In this document: positions 13,348 to 28,113 of the stretch, piece by piece
Position numbering within the stretch: position 1 is the stretch's first letter
How the letters are laid out: each line of letters opens with the position of its first letter
Source of the DNA: the human T2T-CHM13v2.0 reference genome, Homo sapiens
Strand: one strand, 5' to 3'
Assembly: GCF_009914755.1 (NCBI RefSeq)
Contig: NC_060942.1
DNA length: 64,000 nucleotides
The notes under the pieces: generated by a model
What the model was told of the DNA's origin: nothing
Seen by the model: the letters and a program-made list of their open reading frames with translations, nothing else
The model's database searches: none
Program-made: the position numbers and the translations under genes

Positions 13348-13848
13348 CAGCTGACGCTTGAACAACACAGGTTTGAGCTGCACAAGTCCACTGATATACA
13401 ATTTCTTTTTCAATAAAAGTTACATAGAATGTGCCTCTCCTGCCTCCTTTTCCATCTTCAATTCTTTCACCTTGCCACCCTTGAGACCCCAAGACCAATC
13501 CCTCCTCTTCCTTAGCCTACTCCACGTGAGGACGATGAGGATGAAGACCTTCAGGATGATCCACTTCCACTTAATGGACAGTAAATATATTTTCCCTCCC
13601 TTATGATTTTCTTAATAACATCTTTTCTCTAGCTTACTTTATGGTAAGAATATGGTATACAATACATATAACATACAAAATATGTGTTACTCAATTGTTT
13701 ATATTATTGGTAAGGCTTTTGGCTAACAGTAGGCTATTAGTAGTTAAGCTTTTGGGGAGTCAAAAGTTATACTAGATTTTCAACTGCATTCCGGTGGCTG
13801 GGGGAGGTGGTCACCACTGTAACCCCTGCATTACTCAAGGGTCAACTG
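13348..13848 (+). mobile_element. Tigger2-derived MITE (Tigger2a/MER28-like)
   Basis: Terminal inverted repeats cagctgacgcttgaa / tcaagggtcaactg with TA TSD on both sides. Confidence 0.88.
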
Positions 13849-13957
13849 TATTTTATTAGAAATTGATATTTTCAAGTTAACAACAAATTATTTAGACAAC
13901 AAATTCATTTAGAATTTAACAATAAATTAATTTAGAATTCTTAGTTTATATGCCCTT

Positions 13958-13998
<41 letters not shown>

Positions 13999-14081
13999 TG
14001 AAAATCGGTTACCCTGGATCTAATGTGATTCTAGCAAACTGACTGAAATCAAGTTTCCAGAAGTGGTAAGAACCAGATTGT

Positions 14082-14434
<353 letters not shown>

Positions 14435-14494
14435 TCAAAGTTCAGATACAGAGGTAATAAAGAAAAAGGTTTTCTAATGATAACAATGACCAGC

Positions 14495-14670
14495 AAAAAA
14501 AAAGGAAGGAGGAGGAGAAGGATGAGGTGGAGAAGGAGAAGCAGGAAGGAAGGAAGGAAGAGGAAGAAGGGGGGAGGGGGAAGAAGGGGAGCGGAAGCGG
14601 GGAGGGGGAAGGAGGGGAGCGGGAGTGGGGAGGAGGAGTGGGGAGGAGGAAGAGGAAGAAGAAGAAAGAA
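14495..14670. repeat. Polypurine (GA/GGA-rich) low-complexity tract
   Basis: About 175 bp almost entirely A/G on the plus strand. Confidence 0.92.
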
Positions 14671-15059
14671 ACAAGCATTCTTTTCCTGCTTGTGTCAGAC
14701 TTTTTGCTTCTCTGTACTCTAGATTAGCACCAGGCAAAACTGTGACACAGGCAACATCTTCCTGCCCTAAGCAACAAACAGATTTTCTCTCTACTCCCAT
14801 TAGGCCAATGAAAACTGTGATCCTTTTCCCATATTAGACTTGCATTCTTTCATGTCCTTTTAAGTTACTATCTCAGCTCTGATAACTGTTCATTTTAAAT
14901 TATCTCCAATTAGAGAAGGAAAAGATTTGGGTTTTTTTTTTTTATTATTAAAGGGCAGGTCAAGAATGCACACCTTAGGAAGAAGATAAACAGCAGAAGA
15001 GAGGGCTTTGTGGCCCTCCAAACCATCACTGGGGGAGAGCAGGCAGGAGTCAAGATGAG

Positions 15060-15270
15060 TTATGCACCTACCACACAGCAGGCACAGAGCACATGTGATC
15101 TCACAGCAGCTCTATGGATGGAATCTATTATCCCAGTGAACAAGGAATACACCTTCAGAGATGCAAGTGACTAACCTATAAGTCCTGGAACTGTAAGTGT
15201 GAGAACCCAAGTTTAAATCTGTGTGTGCTTGACCACAGAAACCAGGCTCTCTTTCCCACCACACCACATT
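15060..15270. mobile_element. MIR
   Basis: MIR core-like text (ctcacagcagctctatg...attatcccag...cagagatgcaagtgact). Confidence 0.6.
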
Positions 15271-15472
15271 CAAACCTCTGTGTAAGGAAGCACCCAGGGG
15301 AACGAAAAGCCACTCTGTGTCCTGGCTCCCCAGGAGGACACGATGGAGTTAAAGATGATATTCTTGGGGTTCTTGAGTTCTCTCAGATTTAGGGACATAA
15401 CGCTGCTACCATTTCAATGCTATGACTGTGCAATTATATCGTACAATATCAGGAATAGTGCACACTACTTAC

Positions 15473-15660
15473 ATATACATGTATTTATCCAGCTTTGCAG
15501 CAAAATGACGTGGCATTTCTCCACATCCGTAATAGTTCCGGTCATTTTCAGGTAGATGATCCACATCGTGGAAGATTACACAGTCCCAGACACTGTCTTT
15601 CATGGCCTCTTTGAAGCCCACATTGAAAAGCATCGCACGGTTAAAAGGTTGTGTGCCAGT
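15473..15660 (-). CDS. B4GALT6: B4GALT6 coding exon 6 (188 nt, phase 0/2; DVD metal-binding motif)
   Basis: Translates [62 protein letters not shown](I), with FNRA and DVD motifs; acceptor CATGAAG|AC, donor TAT|GTAAGT. Confidence 0.98.
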
Positions 15661-15714
15661 CTTCATGGAGCAGACCGAGAGAAAAAAATAGAAATGTACT
15701 CACACTTCATCATC

Positions 15715-15865
15715 TTTTTTTTTTTTTTTCTTTTTTTTGGTATTTTTAGTAGAGATGGGGTTTCACCATGTTGGCCAGGCTGGTCTCGAACTACTGACCT
15801 CGTGATCCACCCACCTCAGCCTCCCAAGGTGCTGGGATTGCAGGTGTGAGCCACCGCGCCCGGCC
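15715..15865 (-). mobile_element. Alu left arm only (AluS-type) with A tail
   Basis: Left monomer ending in the A-rich linker, which is extended to about 25 A. Confidence 0.9.
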
Positions 15866-16270
15866 CCCATCTGACTTTTTTCTATTATTTTTCAAACTTG
15901 TTGCATCATGATCAAATGATTACAATAATTAGACCCAAATGAAATAGACAAATAATAAATATACTTCAGGATTTTCAAATACACTGTTTAAATTTACTTA
16001 CTATATTATTTTATAATTTAATAACATAGAAGAAAACAGTATCTAGTCCATTGGTACATCAGCACATTTAAATAATTTGTATTTCTGCTCTACTTCAAAT
16101 ACATCAGGATATAGATTACTTGTGGCGAGAAAAAAAAAGTCATTAAAAATAATATAAGTTTTATTTTGTTAGTGGAGCTTTCCATATGCTGTCAAGACTA
16201 AGAGAAGAGGAAACTGGAAGTGACTCAACAGTGACCCTTCTCTAAAGTACCAATACCAAGGAGGTCTAAC

Positions 16271-16598
16271 TTTCTATTATTAATGCTTATAATAAATACC
16301 AAGAACATTTTAGACAAAAAACAATTGGAACTTACTACACAAAGCCCAACTTCCTTTATTACAACCATTTTCCTTTATTATTACAGAAAATACATTAAAG
16401 TACATGGGCAATAGTTTCTATTATTGCTTATGATAAAGATTAAGGGCATTTTTAAGGGACAAAAAATACAATTTTATTACACAGAACCCAACTCCCTATA
16501 TTATAACCATTTTCCTTTATTTATCAGTGAACATATATTAAGGTGCACTGGCAATAAAAAACCTTCATTCTGCATATAAAGAAAATTAAAGAGCATTT
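16271..16598. repeat. Degenerate tandem repeat, period about 145 bp, about 2.2 copies
   Basis: tttctattatt..gcttat, gacaaaaa, cccaact and aaccattttcctttatt each recur about 144-145 bp apart. Confidence 0.85.
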
Positions 16599-17721
16599 AC
16601 CAGTGTTTTAGCAACATTTAACAAAACCATTTCTAAAATATATTAAAAAAAGGATTACGATAGAAGTAAATGAGACACACATTGTAGTCATCATCAGAGC
16701 ACTGCCTCAAGAGTGAAAAATTACTAATTTTTAGTCCTAGGCCTTGCACTAACTTGAGGTAATAGAAGTCATTTTATTTTTTACAGCCTCTTTTTTCACC
16801 AGTGAAATAAAATAAAAAGAAAAGGGAGTTAAATTATAATGTTATGACTAGTACATCAACATCAGCTTTAACAAACTACTTTTAAGGTTTTAAAAATTGT
16901 TTTTATTAAATGTTTTATTAAATGTGGACATAATACTCAAAGGCTTATAAAAGAAATAAGAAGTTCCATATCTAATCCATCTCCATCCAAGAGCAATACA
17001 TTTCAACTCTTCCCATTTATTCCGGTATTTATCTACATATTTTGAGGAAATGAGAGTTCTGATATTTCTTGCTTCTTTCACTTTAAGACACTGTCTCTTG
17101 ACTTCTTATCATGGTAGTGGAGGAGTTAAACCACCACACCTCCTGCCCCTACCTCTATTCTCCCAATATAGTTTTATCATAATTTTTGGTTAAATCAAGA
17201 CTTTACATTATTAGGACTATGTAAATATTTAATATTTCTTCAGTGCTGAGTGAACTGTTTTCTTTTGCAAACTGGGAATAACTACAGTTTTCTATATAAC
17301 TATTATATTATTACTTTGTACTGAAGGCCCAAGAAATATGCCCTACACCTATTAATAATTGATGTAATCATTCAAACACATCAAATCATCTATCAATTCT
17401 TTCTCCATCTCTCAAGCCCAACTCTCCCTTGCCCTCTCCAGACCATGTGTGCATATCACCTGGGTCGTCTTCATTCCCTAAATCACCTACGCCTTTTCCT
17501 TGGCTTTCTCAATTTCCTGAGGCACATTCTTCAAGAGCTTGCTAAGTAAAGACCCATGGAGAATACACTTTTAGCCAATTAAGGACTGAAAATGCCATTA
17601 GTCTACTCTCACATTTGTCAATTTGGCTGGGTAAAAAATTCCAGGAAAAAAAAATTTCCCAGTATTGCTGAGAATGTTCATAGGTTTCTGATTCATAATC
17701 ATTGGTCATTTTTCCTAGAAT

Positions 17722-17812
17722 TCCCAGTATCCCTCATCCTTTGCCTATGAAAGCCCTGAGATCCTGGCAGGAAGAGACACAAGCAGGTGGACGTCGAGAG
17801 GAACACACCAGC
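17722..17812 (+). mobile_element. Short LTR fragment (LTR18-like, ERVL)
   Basis: gcctatgaaagccctgaga...gacacaagcaggtggacgtcgagaggaacacacc resembles the recalled LTR18 consensus. Confidence 0.55.
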
Positions 17813-17885
17813 GATAAAGTTGCTCCTCTACTTAAGAACCTCCAGAAGGCAGTGGGGGGTTTTAAGCGGAGGAGAGACTTACATT

Positions 17886-18041
17886 AGGTCAGCATACATT
17901 AATATAAAACTACCACCTATCACATACATTTAAATGTGAAATATGAGGTAACAATACCAAAAGTGGTACAAGCTGGCATGGAGAACTGGTCTTCAAGTGT
18001 TATCAGACCTTCTTTCGGTTTCTAAAACATCACTTTATCCA
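17886..18041 (+). repeat. Dispersed duplication copy A (partner 21137-21285)
   Basis: Manual alignment: about 16 substitutions and a 7-nt indel over about 149 bp. Confidence 0.93.
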
Positions 18042-18079
18042 GTGTCATCTGAAGGTTTTATGTAGAAGAGTGACTTAAT

Positions 18080-18480
18080 CTACCTAACACAGGATAATCC
18101 AAGCCCTCACCCTGCACTTCCTTATTTGCTTCTCTGATTTCCTCCCCAGAATGTTCCTCAGCCGGCTGCTCTGGCAACATCGACCTCTTTGCTCAAACAC
18201 ACCAAGTATTCTCCTGCCTTCTCCAGAGTGCACAGCCTCTACAACAGCATGGCGTGCTCCTTTACATCATTCCAGGATGCTCTGATCTCACCTCCCCAGA
18301 GAGGCCTTCCCCAAATGCTCTGCAGAAAAGAGCACCACTACCTGCCCTTACCACTCTCTACCCTGAGTGCCATGGAGACACTGCAGAATGATTTACTACT
18401 GCCGGTCCTTCTGGGCCAGCAAAAGAAGGGGACTTGTCTGGTTTGTTCACTGCCACATCCCTTTTGTTGAATAAATGAAA
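18080..18480. mobile_element. L2 3' region
   Basis: L2-like text ending in ttttgttgaataaatgaa. Confidence 0.65.
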
Positions 18481-19478
18481 CCGGGCTGCAGGGACCTGAT
18501 AAAGTGACAGGCTGGCCTTTTCTTTTGGAGACCTTCAAATATCAGATCTGGACTCTTTTTCCTGGAGATAATTCATTTCTCTAGCGAAGACACCACTATG
18601 CCCTGCCACAGCTGGAGGGGTGGGGAGATTCACACCTGGCTGTTGGCTTCAAAAGGCCAGACGGGGAAAGGCCTGGGGTCCCTAGGGTCAGCATGCAGAT
18701 TTACTCAACCCCCCGGTTTTATGCCCTACCACACAGGTGCGTCAGCACTCTCAGCAGCTTCCTGCTACACTTTTTCCACAGGATAAACTGGAAAAAGTTT
18801 CTACAAGATACAACAGAGTAATGACCTGGCAGTACAAGTAAAGATGAGCAACTGGGAATGTGGCTGTTTTGTAGTCAAACTTTTAAACAATCTCCTTACT
18901 TTAGTGCAGTGCTTCAGCCTACCTTCTGTGACAGCACTGAGACAGAGGTGTGTCCAGCAAATTGACTCTAGTCTTGTCACATCACCCTCTACAAGCATGT
19001 GGGTTTGCACATCCTCTGTTCTGCTAGGCATCAGCACTCCATCTGCTTCCTGACTTAACCGAAACGTGTGAAAATCTCTCACCCACGACTTTCTGTCCTT
19101 GAGGTTTAATAACTTTTCAAAAGTTTTCTTCTTTCACTCTCATTTTAGGAGTTTGGAAAGAAGCAGTGAACCCATGTCCATCCTCTATATTTAACTAGAA
19201 TTCCTGAGCTGCTCTTCAACTGCTTAGCACTCCCTGGGTACCTGTCTAGCAGAAAAATTACTTTTCTATTTCAAATATGGTGAAGATGTTTCTAGCTCAA
19301 AATCTCACTCTATCAAATACACAGTCCTGAATTAATATTGATCAAGCCTGAGATTAAGACTTAAAAGGTTTGAAAATAAAAACGCAGACCTTAGTTGCCT
19401 TGCAAAGATTGTTTCATCACATACACCAAATAACTGGTGCTGAATTCTCAGGACCATATGCCTTTAAAAACAGAGACA

Positions 19479-19821
<343 letters not shown>

Positions 19822-20153
19822 TTACACAAAGGAAACTAGCACTTTCCTAGATCAGTAAAACTGATCTAGAAATCTACAACTACAGCTCCATGAAAGTAGA
19901 TGAGAATTTCCACTTGTTAGGTAAAACAAGTCAGATTTCACAGTACAGATTGTTACATTAAAAAGTACATAAGGCACAAAACTTAAAGAATGATTTATAC
20001 ACACAGAAGTATGGTATGTTATATTAAATACCAAGCATTTCCACGGAGAAAAAGCAGAGGTAAAAAGCTGAGAGTGAGAAACAAAACAAAAAACAAAACA
20101 AAACAAAAAGGCAGATTTAGAATAAAGGAACTGGAGAAACTATAACCATTTTA

Positions 20154-20417
<264 letters not shown>

Positions 20418-20454
20418 TTATACTGTTACTTACCTATTCAAAACTAAGGAAATA

Positions 20455-21136
20455 AAGCCTAGCAGACCTTTTAGTAGAAACTGACAAGCAGAGTCAATGG
20501 AACACAGAGACCAGAAAAAGACCTGCATACATATGACGTGTATATATTAAGTGATTTTCAACAAAGATGCTAAAGCAATTCAATGGCGAAAACAGTCTTT
20601 GCAACAAGTGGTGATGAAACAACTAAACGAAACTTCACTCTTAGCTCATATCATATCTAAAGATTAACTCAATGATTAGCCTAAGTGTAAGAGCTAAAAC
20701 TATTAAGTTTCTGGAAGAAAGAGAAAATCATACAGAACAATTTCTCAAATATAATACAAAAAGCCCAAGCTATAAAAACAAAAATCAATACATTGGACTT
20801 CATCAAAATTTAAAACTTTTCAAAAAACAGTCAAAAGAATAAAAAGGCAAGCCATAGACTATATTTGCAAAACTTATGTCTTACAAAAGACTTGTATTTA
20901 AAATACATAAATAATTCTTACAACTCAGTAAAAACAAAGACAACCCAATTAAAATATGAGAAAAAGATCTGAACAGAAACTTCACCATAGAAGGTATGTG
21001 GGAAGCAAATAAGTGCATGAAAAGATCATCAACATTAATCATCAGGGAAATAAGATACTACCACAGACCCACTAAATGGCTAAAATTAAAAAGACAAACC
21101 ATACCAAGTGCTGGCAATGATGTAAAGCAATTGGAA
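20455..21136 (+). mobile_element. L1M ORF2 3' region fragment
   Basis: ttggacttcatcaaaatttaaaactttt, aagcatgaaaagat-like and ataccaagtgctggc L1 motifs. Confidence 0.8.
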
Positions 21137-21285
21137 AGGTCAGTATACATTAACAGAAAATTACCATCTATCACATACACTTAAATATGAGGTGACAATA
21201 CCAAAAGTGATACAAGCTGCTATGGAGAACTGGTCTTTAAGTGTTATCAGATCTTTTTTAGGTTTCCAAAACATCACTCTATCCA
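21137..21285 (+). repeat. Dispersed duplication copy B
   Basis: aggtcagtatacatt...aaaacatcactctatcca, direct repeat of 17886-18041. Confidence 0.93.
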
Positions 21286-21324
21286 TGTTTAGAAATAATG
21301 TAGAAAATTAAATTCTTTTTTTCA

Positions 21325-21632
21325 ATTTATTTTTATTTTTATTTTTATTTTTTGAGATACAGTCTCGCTCTGCCGCCCAGGCTGAAGCGCAGTGGCGCAA
21401 TCTTGGCTCACTGCAACCTCCATCTCCCAGGTTCAAGCACTTCCCTGCCTCAGCTTCCCAAGTAGCTGGGATTACAGGTGCCTGCCACCATGCCCGGCTA
21501 ATTTTTGTATTTTTAGTAGAGACGAGGTTTCACCATCTTGGCCAGGCTGGTCTTGAACTCCTGACCATGTGATCCACCCACATCAGCCTCCCAAAGTGCT
21601 GGGATTACAGGTGTGAGCCACCATGCCAGGCC
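21325..21632 (-). mobile_element. AluS
   Basis: Full dimer; TSD aaattcttt. Confidence 0.93.
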
Positions 21633-22759
21633 AAATTCTTTATATTTACACTTTATAGCCTTTAAACAAAGACTACAAAAAGTAAGTCAAGGTCATTTCA
21701 ACTCTATTTAAATTAACTATGTTAAAGAATTATGATTTATTCAGCTTTGATAGCATCTGTTCAGAAACAAAACGAATAAGCTTTTTTGACAATATTTTAA
21801 AATTCCATTCTCCACCTGGTTCTCTCTTCTAAAAGAATCATAGAATCTCAAATTTGGAAGGGATCTTGGGCATCACATAGTTTAGTCTTCCATGCAATGT
21901 ATGCTTTTTTTTTTTTTTTTTGACCTGTCAGTTCAATGGATGCATATTTACTTACCAACTGTAGAGCTGGGTCTATATCCTACAACAAAAACAGTCAAGG
22001 TTCCTCTACCAAGAAAGATGACTTTGAAAATGAAAAACTGAAAACAGGACAGAAAATGTTTAATGTATACTACTTTTTGTTTTTAGGTTTACTAACTGGC
22101 TGTCATTCAGGTGTCTCTGATTACCTAATAAAGTTAATCCAATATTGATTTTCAGGGATAGCCAGCAACTACCCCACAGTACAAAGAAATCCTCAATCGA
22201 GAATTAACTATGCTTTGCTGTTGTGTTAAAAAAAGAAAAAAACTTTCCTTCCTTTTCTGTAGTTAAATTCATGGGTCATAAACTGAAATGTTTTTTCAAA
22301 TTAAACACTGCGAATATAACCAAGGTAACTGTACGGTGCTTTGGTATAATTTAGAAAAGAACTTTGAGTTGTACCAGTTATGAGTCCAGATGTCTGTACA
22401 TGAGTCTAAATGCTGCCAAGTAGCCTAAATTAGAAAATAAACAGTTTCTCAATTAAATGAAACTTTACAGAGGTTTTCAAAAATAAACATCATAAGCCTA
22501 ATGAAAACATAAAAAGTAATAATACTATAAGCCAAAGACACATTTAATCCTGTAAGGTAAATATAAGCTGTACAGTTATTTTAAAAACCATAGATTGACA
22601 ATCCTATATTTAGAATATCATTAAAATATAACGAGGCTGTCATACTAAAGTGAAACATGATTGCTGATTAAGTCATTTGACCAAATTACAATTATTATAA
22701 AAGAAATATATGGGCCCAATCCAAAATGTAATTTCACCCAAGTATAAAACTAAGAATTT

Positions 22760-23138
<379 letters not shown>

Positions 23139-23157
23139 CTATGAAAAGTATTCTCAC

Positions 23158-23274
23158 CTGTTCAATGACATAAAACGCAAATTCCAGCCGCTGCTTCTGG
23201 AGCATTGGAATCAGATGTAAGAAAAAAATTGGAAGATGTTCATGGCGATTACGGAAAGGAATGAGAACTGCCAC
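23158..23274 (-). CDS. B4GALT6: B4GALT6 coding exon 5 (117 nt, phase 0/0)
   Basis: Translates VAVLIPFRNRHEHLPIFFLHLIPMLQKQRLEFAFYVIEQ (GT7 IPFRNR motif); acceptor TTTTAAAG|GT, donor CAG|GTGAGA. Confidence 0.98.
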
Positions 23275-26200
23275 CTTTAAAACAAAATAGTCATGTATGT
23301 AAATAAATATATCTACCACATCCTAGAGGTAAGGATAAAAATCAATCCTTGAAAACTTCTGATGGTTTTAAAGCCACGTCCTTATGAATTTTCTCATCAG
23401 AGATACAACAGCAAGCAAACACGCAAAAAGCCCTTGCTGCATGCTGCTATGGTCTTATAAAGCTGAGAGGTAGAAGGGGCTCTGAAGCGTTTTCTAAAGA
23501 TTGTGGCCTTTAACCTATGAACATCATGAGAAATTGAGAGTGATAAATCAGATGTGGTGACTACAAAGACTACTTTGGTGGCAATATGGAGGGCAGACTG
23601 GAGAAGACCAAAAATTGACTCAGGGAGCTAGTTAGGCAATTAGTACAGTCGTTGAGAAAACAGGTAATGGTAGCTTAAACTAACAGGAGGATAAAGGAGA
23701 AGAGAAGTACATGGGTTTTCAACACATCTAAGAGGTAAGCTAGCAGGGTTTGGCTATCAATTGGGCATGAAAAGTAAGGGAGGGGAATGTATCATAAGAG
23801 TAACGTCTCGGTTTTAGAGTAGATCCTAAATAATAACTTCCTGGATTTTGAATTGAATTTAAAAGACATTTCACTTGAATATCTACTATCTTACACATGG
23901 TTTCTCTGTCCTAGAGATATTTTCAGAAATATAATAGAAACCAAAATCTTCACACTCCAGCCATAGCATACAAAAAACCTCAATCATACATGATATTGCC
24001 CCAAAATACACATGAAGTTTGATAATTAATATATTTTTCATTTAGTCAAAATGCAGAATTAAGTTTTTGATACATTTTAAAATTTATTTCAGTGGTAGGA
24101 TAATATTCAGTTTAAAATGAAACTGGTAACAAACCATAACAAGAAAAGATGATGTAAGCAGCACAGACATTTGTCTTTATCAACCAGAGAAATTTGTTCT
24201 CATATAAAAAGTAAAAGAAAAAACATGTACATGGAAATGAAAATAGTTTCTTAGTACGTTAATCTTTCTTCTAATATGAAATAAAAAATCTAATGGAACT
24301 CTCAAACCCAACACTTAAAAACACCATTTATATAAAATGTTTTAGTGTAATACAAGAATAAATGAATGATCATCAATCATCACTAATTCAAATCCTCTAT
24401 TTCTTGGATACAAACTTTGTCATACAATCTAGATCTCCTTATAATTTAGATTTTGCCCTTGAAAAACCTAAAGTGTTTTCAAAATTACTTTTCTCAGCAA
24501 CTTCCTAGCTGAGCTAGCTTTATTATTATTGTGAATTTTCTAATAAAATTGAAATTAAAGCAAGTTTTCTACAGATCATAAATTCCAAAATCATTAGATT
24601 TTCAAAAAAACACAACAGTGAAAGTATATCTAACCAAAATACCTCTGTGTTACTCTATAATCTGGATTTTTTAAATATACAATCTAAACTGGTTGTAACA
24701 GAATATTGTGAAAGAATATTAAATCCATGATTTACTAAAATTTTACCTATACCAAATAAAGTTTATTAATAAATGAATAAATGGAAATAATTGAGAATAC
24801 TTAAGTTTTGCACCTAATCCTTTTAAAATCAGGACATGATATTAGATATCATCAAACGAAAATAATATTTAACCATGTATTTTACGTTACCAGGATCATA
24901 GATGGCAGAAATTTTTAAATTATTCAAAAAGTTTCATTTATAAAGAGAACAAAAAATGATTTAGTAAAATTGAAGATGTCTAAACTATGAACTCCCCCAT
25001 TCATTTTCCCTTAATGCTGATGGGATAGCAAAAACAAGAGACAATGGCTGCTATGAGGCTGATGTTTTCATGATAATAATTAATCACAGCATATCTATCT
25101 GGCAAATGGTAGGAACTAAAGAGGTCTGGTGCCCCTGCCAGCCCAACTTTGGGTCCCATTCCTTTTTGGTTTCCCCATAACGTCTCTCTTGGCTCAGAAG
25201 CCTGAGGACCATGAGGCTACCCCAGCAATACCGACCCAACATCCAAGACCTCCTTCCTGCCCCCGCACAATGGCTGCCAACTGTACTGGAACTATATACT
25301 GAGGGGCACTTACTGCTGGGCTTCAGCGCCAATGGCTGGCATATTCAAGGAATTCCCGAATCAAAACAACTGTGAAGCTAGCTCAGGGGTTTACTTTTAG
25401 GATGGAAAAGTGCTATGAAAAGTAAAAGGAGCAAAAGAGGTTAGATGGTGAGTACATATCCCACCACTAACCTTATCTAAAGCATATCCATGTGATAACA
25501 TGTAGCTTAGTAAGTCAAGCCTGCCCTTCTTGATTTTGAATTTGGCCACGAGTTGGCCACCTATGACATAATGTCAATGAGCTGTAAAAGCAGTTAAGGC
25601 CAATTACAGATATTTGAGGGAAGAAATTATTAAATGGCTGCAGAGTCCCAATTAAAGACAGTGCATATTAATTAAAGACAATTAGACTGAGTGATGAGCT
25701 GAACATATAAGGATAAATAAAAAGTAAAGTTCTAGCTCCTAATACAATAATCTCTTCAATGAAGTATTTAAATATCAAGTGTTTTTTCTTTTAATCTCAT
25801 AAGGAAACTGAGACGGTAATAAAAGAAATTACCAGTGTCTTGGCAAATTCAAATAAGCTAACCTAATGTGCTAACAGCAAATAGATGTCCAAATTTTAAT
25901 GAGAGGGTTATTAAATATTGTGAATATGTGATAAATCTAAGGCAAAGCTTTTATTAAAATAAAGCTAAACAATATCTTAAAAGTTCATCTGGCACATCAG
26001 TTCTTGTGTTTGTGGAAGAATGTCCTCCATAGTTTACAATTTTTTTGTCTAGAAAAGATCTCAGTGTTCTGTGATCATTTATTTTAAGGCTTAATAGCCT
26101 GTTTCAGGACATTCTTCTATGTGCCCTAATTTGCTGTTTGAGCCACTCTCTTGCTGATACACCTCCAGTGGAGACCGAGAATATCTGGTCATTATCTTCT

Positions 26201-26696
26201 GATAAAACAACACTTCATCCTCCTGAATCTCTCCTCACCACCTCTTGATCAAGCAAAATTATTCCATTCAGTTTGCTCCTACTTTAAAACCACAAATCTT
26301 GCTGAACATATGCACCATTTTTTCCCTTGCTTATTTTCTCCTATATACACCATGAGGAGAACATCAAGAAAAATGTGTATCACATCAATTTCTCCCACCA
26401 AGTTTCTGTCCTGCTTTCAAATTTTCAGCACACCACCAGCTACACTGTCCCTAAATGACATGGCTTTAGGCTTGGTAACCTTAAGGTGAATCTAGTTATC
26501 TGCCACTGAGTAAGCAGAAGCTAGTAAGCCCTCATTCTCCTTCAGTGTTTTTAGTTTCATCTTCCTATTCCTCCTCATTTCCAGTACCTCCAGGAGCAGT
26601 TCTCAAACTGGAGGCACTTGGTTAAAAATGCAAGTTCTTGTTCCTTCCCACCAATAGAATCAGAATGTTTGAGGACTGAGTTCAAGAATCTGCATT

Positions 26697-26856
26697 TTTT
26701 TTCTTTTAGAGATGGGGGTCTCATTCTATAGCCCAGGCTGGAGTACAGTGGTGTGATCACACCTCACTGCAGCCTCAAACTCCTGGGCTCAAGTGATCCT
26801 TCTGCCACAGTCTTTCAAAGCACTGGGATTACGGGTTTGAACTACCACACCTGGCC
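26697..26856 (-). mobile_element. FLAM_C/AluJ monomer nested in a MER5-like element (about 26590-26940)
   Basis: ctcactgcagcctcaaactcctgggctcaagtgatcc; flanks read aatctgcatttt / aatcagcatttt. Confidence 0.8.
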
Positions 26857-27214
26857 AAAAATCAGCATTTTCACCATATGCCTCAAGTAGTTCTGAAACA
26901 GGGAGGCCAAGACTCATCTTTGAGGTACATTGGACTATAAATGAAACTCCAGGCCTCTGGGTAGACAAGAGCATCAAGCAGCTGCCTGGTTCTTTAAGCC
27001 TGGAAGTTATAGACCAAAGTTGTTCATCAAGCCCTCCATCTGAAATCTGAATGGAAAGTCAATGTCACAGGTACACTTCACTTTTAATGACCTGCATAGC
27101 ATTCTCATGTTCTTCTTTAGATACAAGCTTGCCCCAGAAGGTGTCCAACCTGCGCAGATCTTCTACTTAAACCTGCAGCATTCAAGAATACCTAGGAATT
27201 GCTGAAATTACTAG

Positions 27215-27445
<231 letters not shown>

Positions 27446-27824
27446 TAATTTGCCATCAACTAACTGCATTGGTATTTTTCTCATTTAAAAAAGGGGCCTC
27501 AAATATTAAGAATCAAGTTGATGACAGATGTTTAACATAAATCTAGTTATTTCTTATTTCCCTCTCTCTCCACTGTTCCAATATGAGAATGGAACATTAT
27601 CAGTAAGCAGGCAGGGACGGGTAGGGGGAGAAACCATTTAACTAAATATTTAGTGAGATGATAGTTATATAATATTTATATGAGTACAGCTCACTTCTGA
27701 ATCATCTCCAAAATTCCTTTCATACCTTTAGTTGTGTAATTCTGAACTAGAGACTACATTCTGAGAAGGATTTGCTAAAAGTTGAAATAAAAGCAGCATT
27801 ATCATATAGTTCCTAAATAAAATA

Positions 27825-28113
<289 letters not shown>

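Noticed and set aside
13878-13997. Three short aacaaattatttaga-like repeats and a 35-nt T run
   Set aside because: Ordinary low-complexity slippage products; no TSD or other structure was found.
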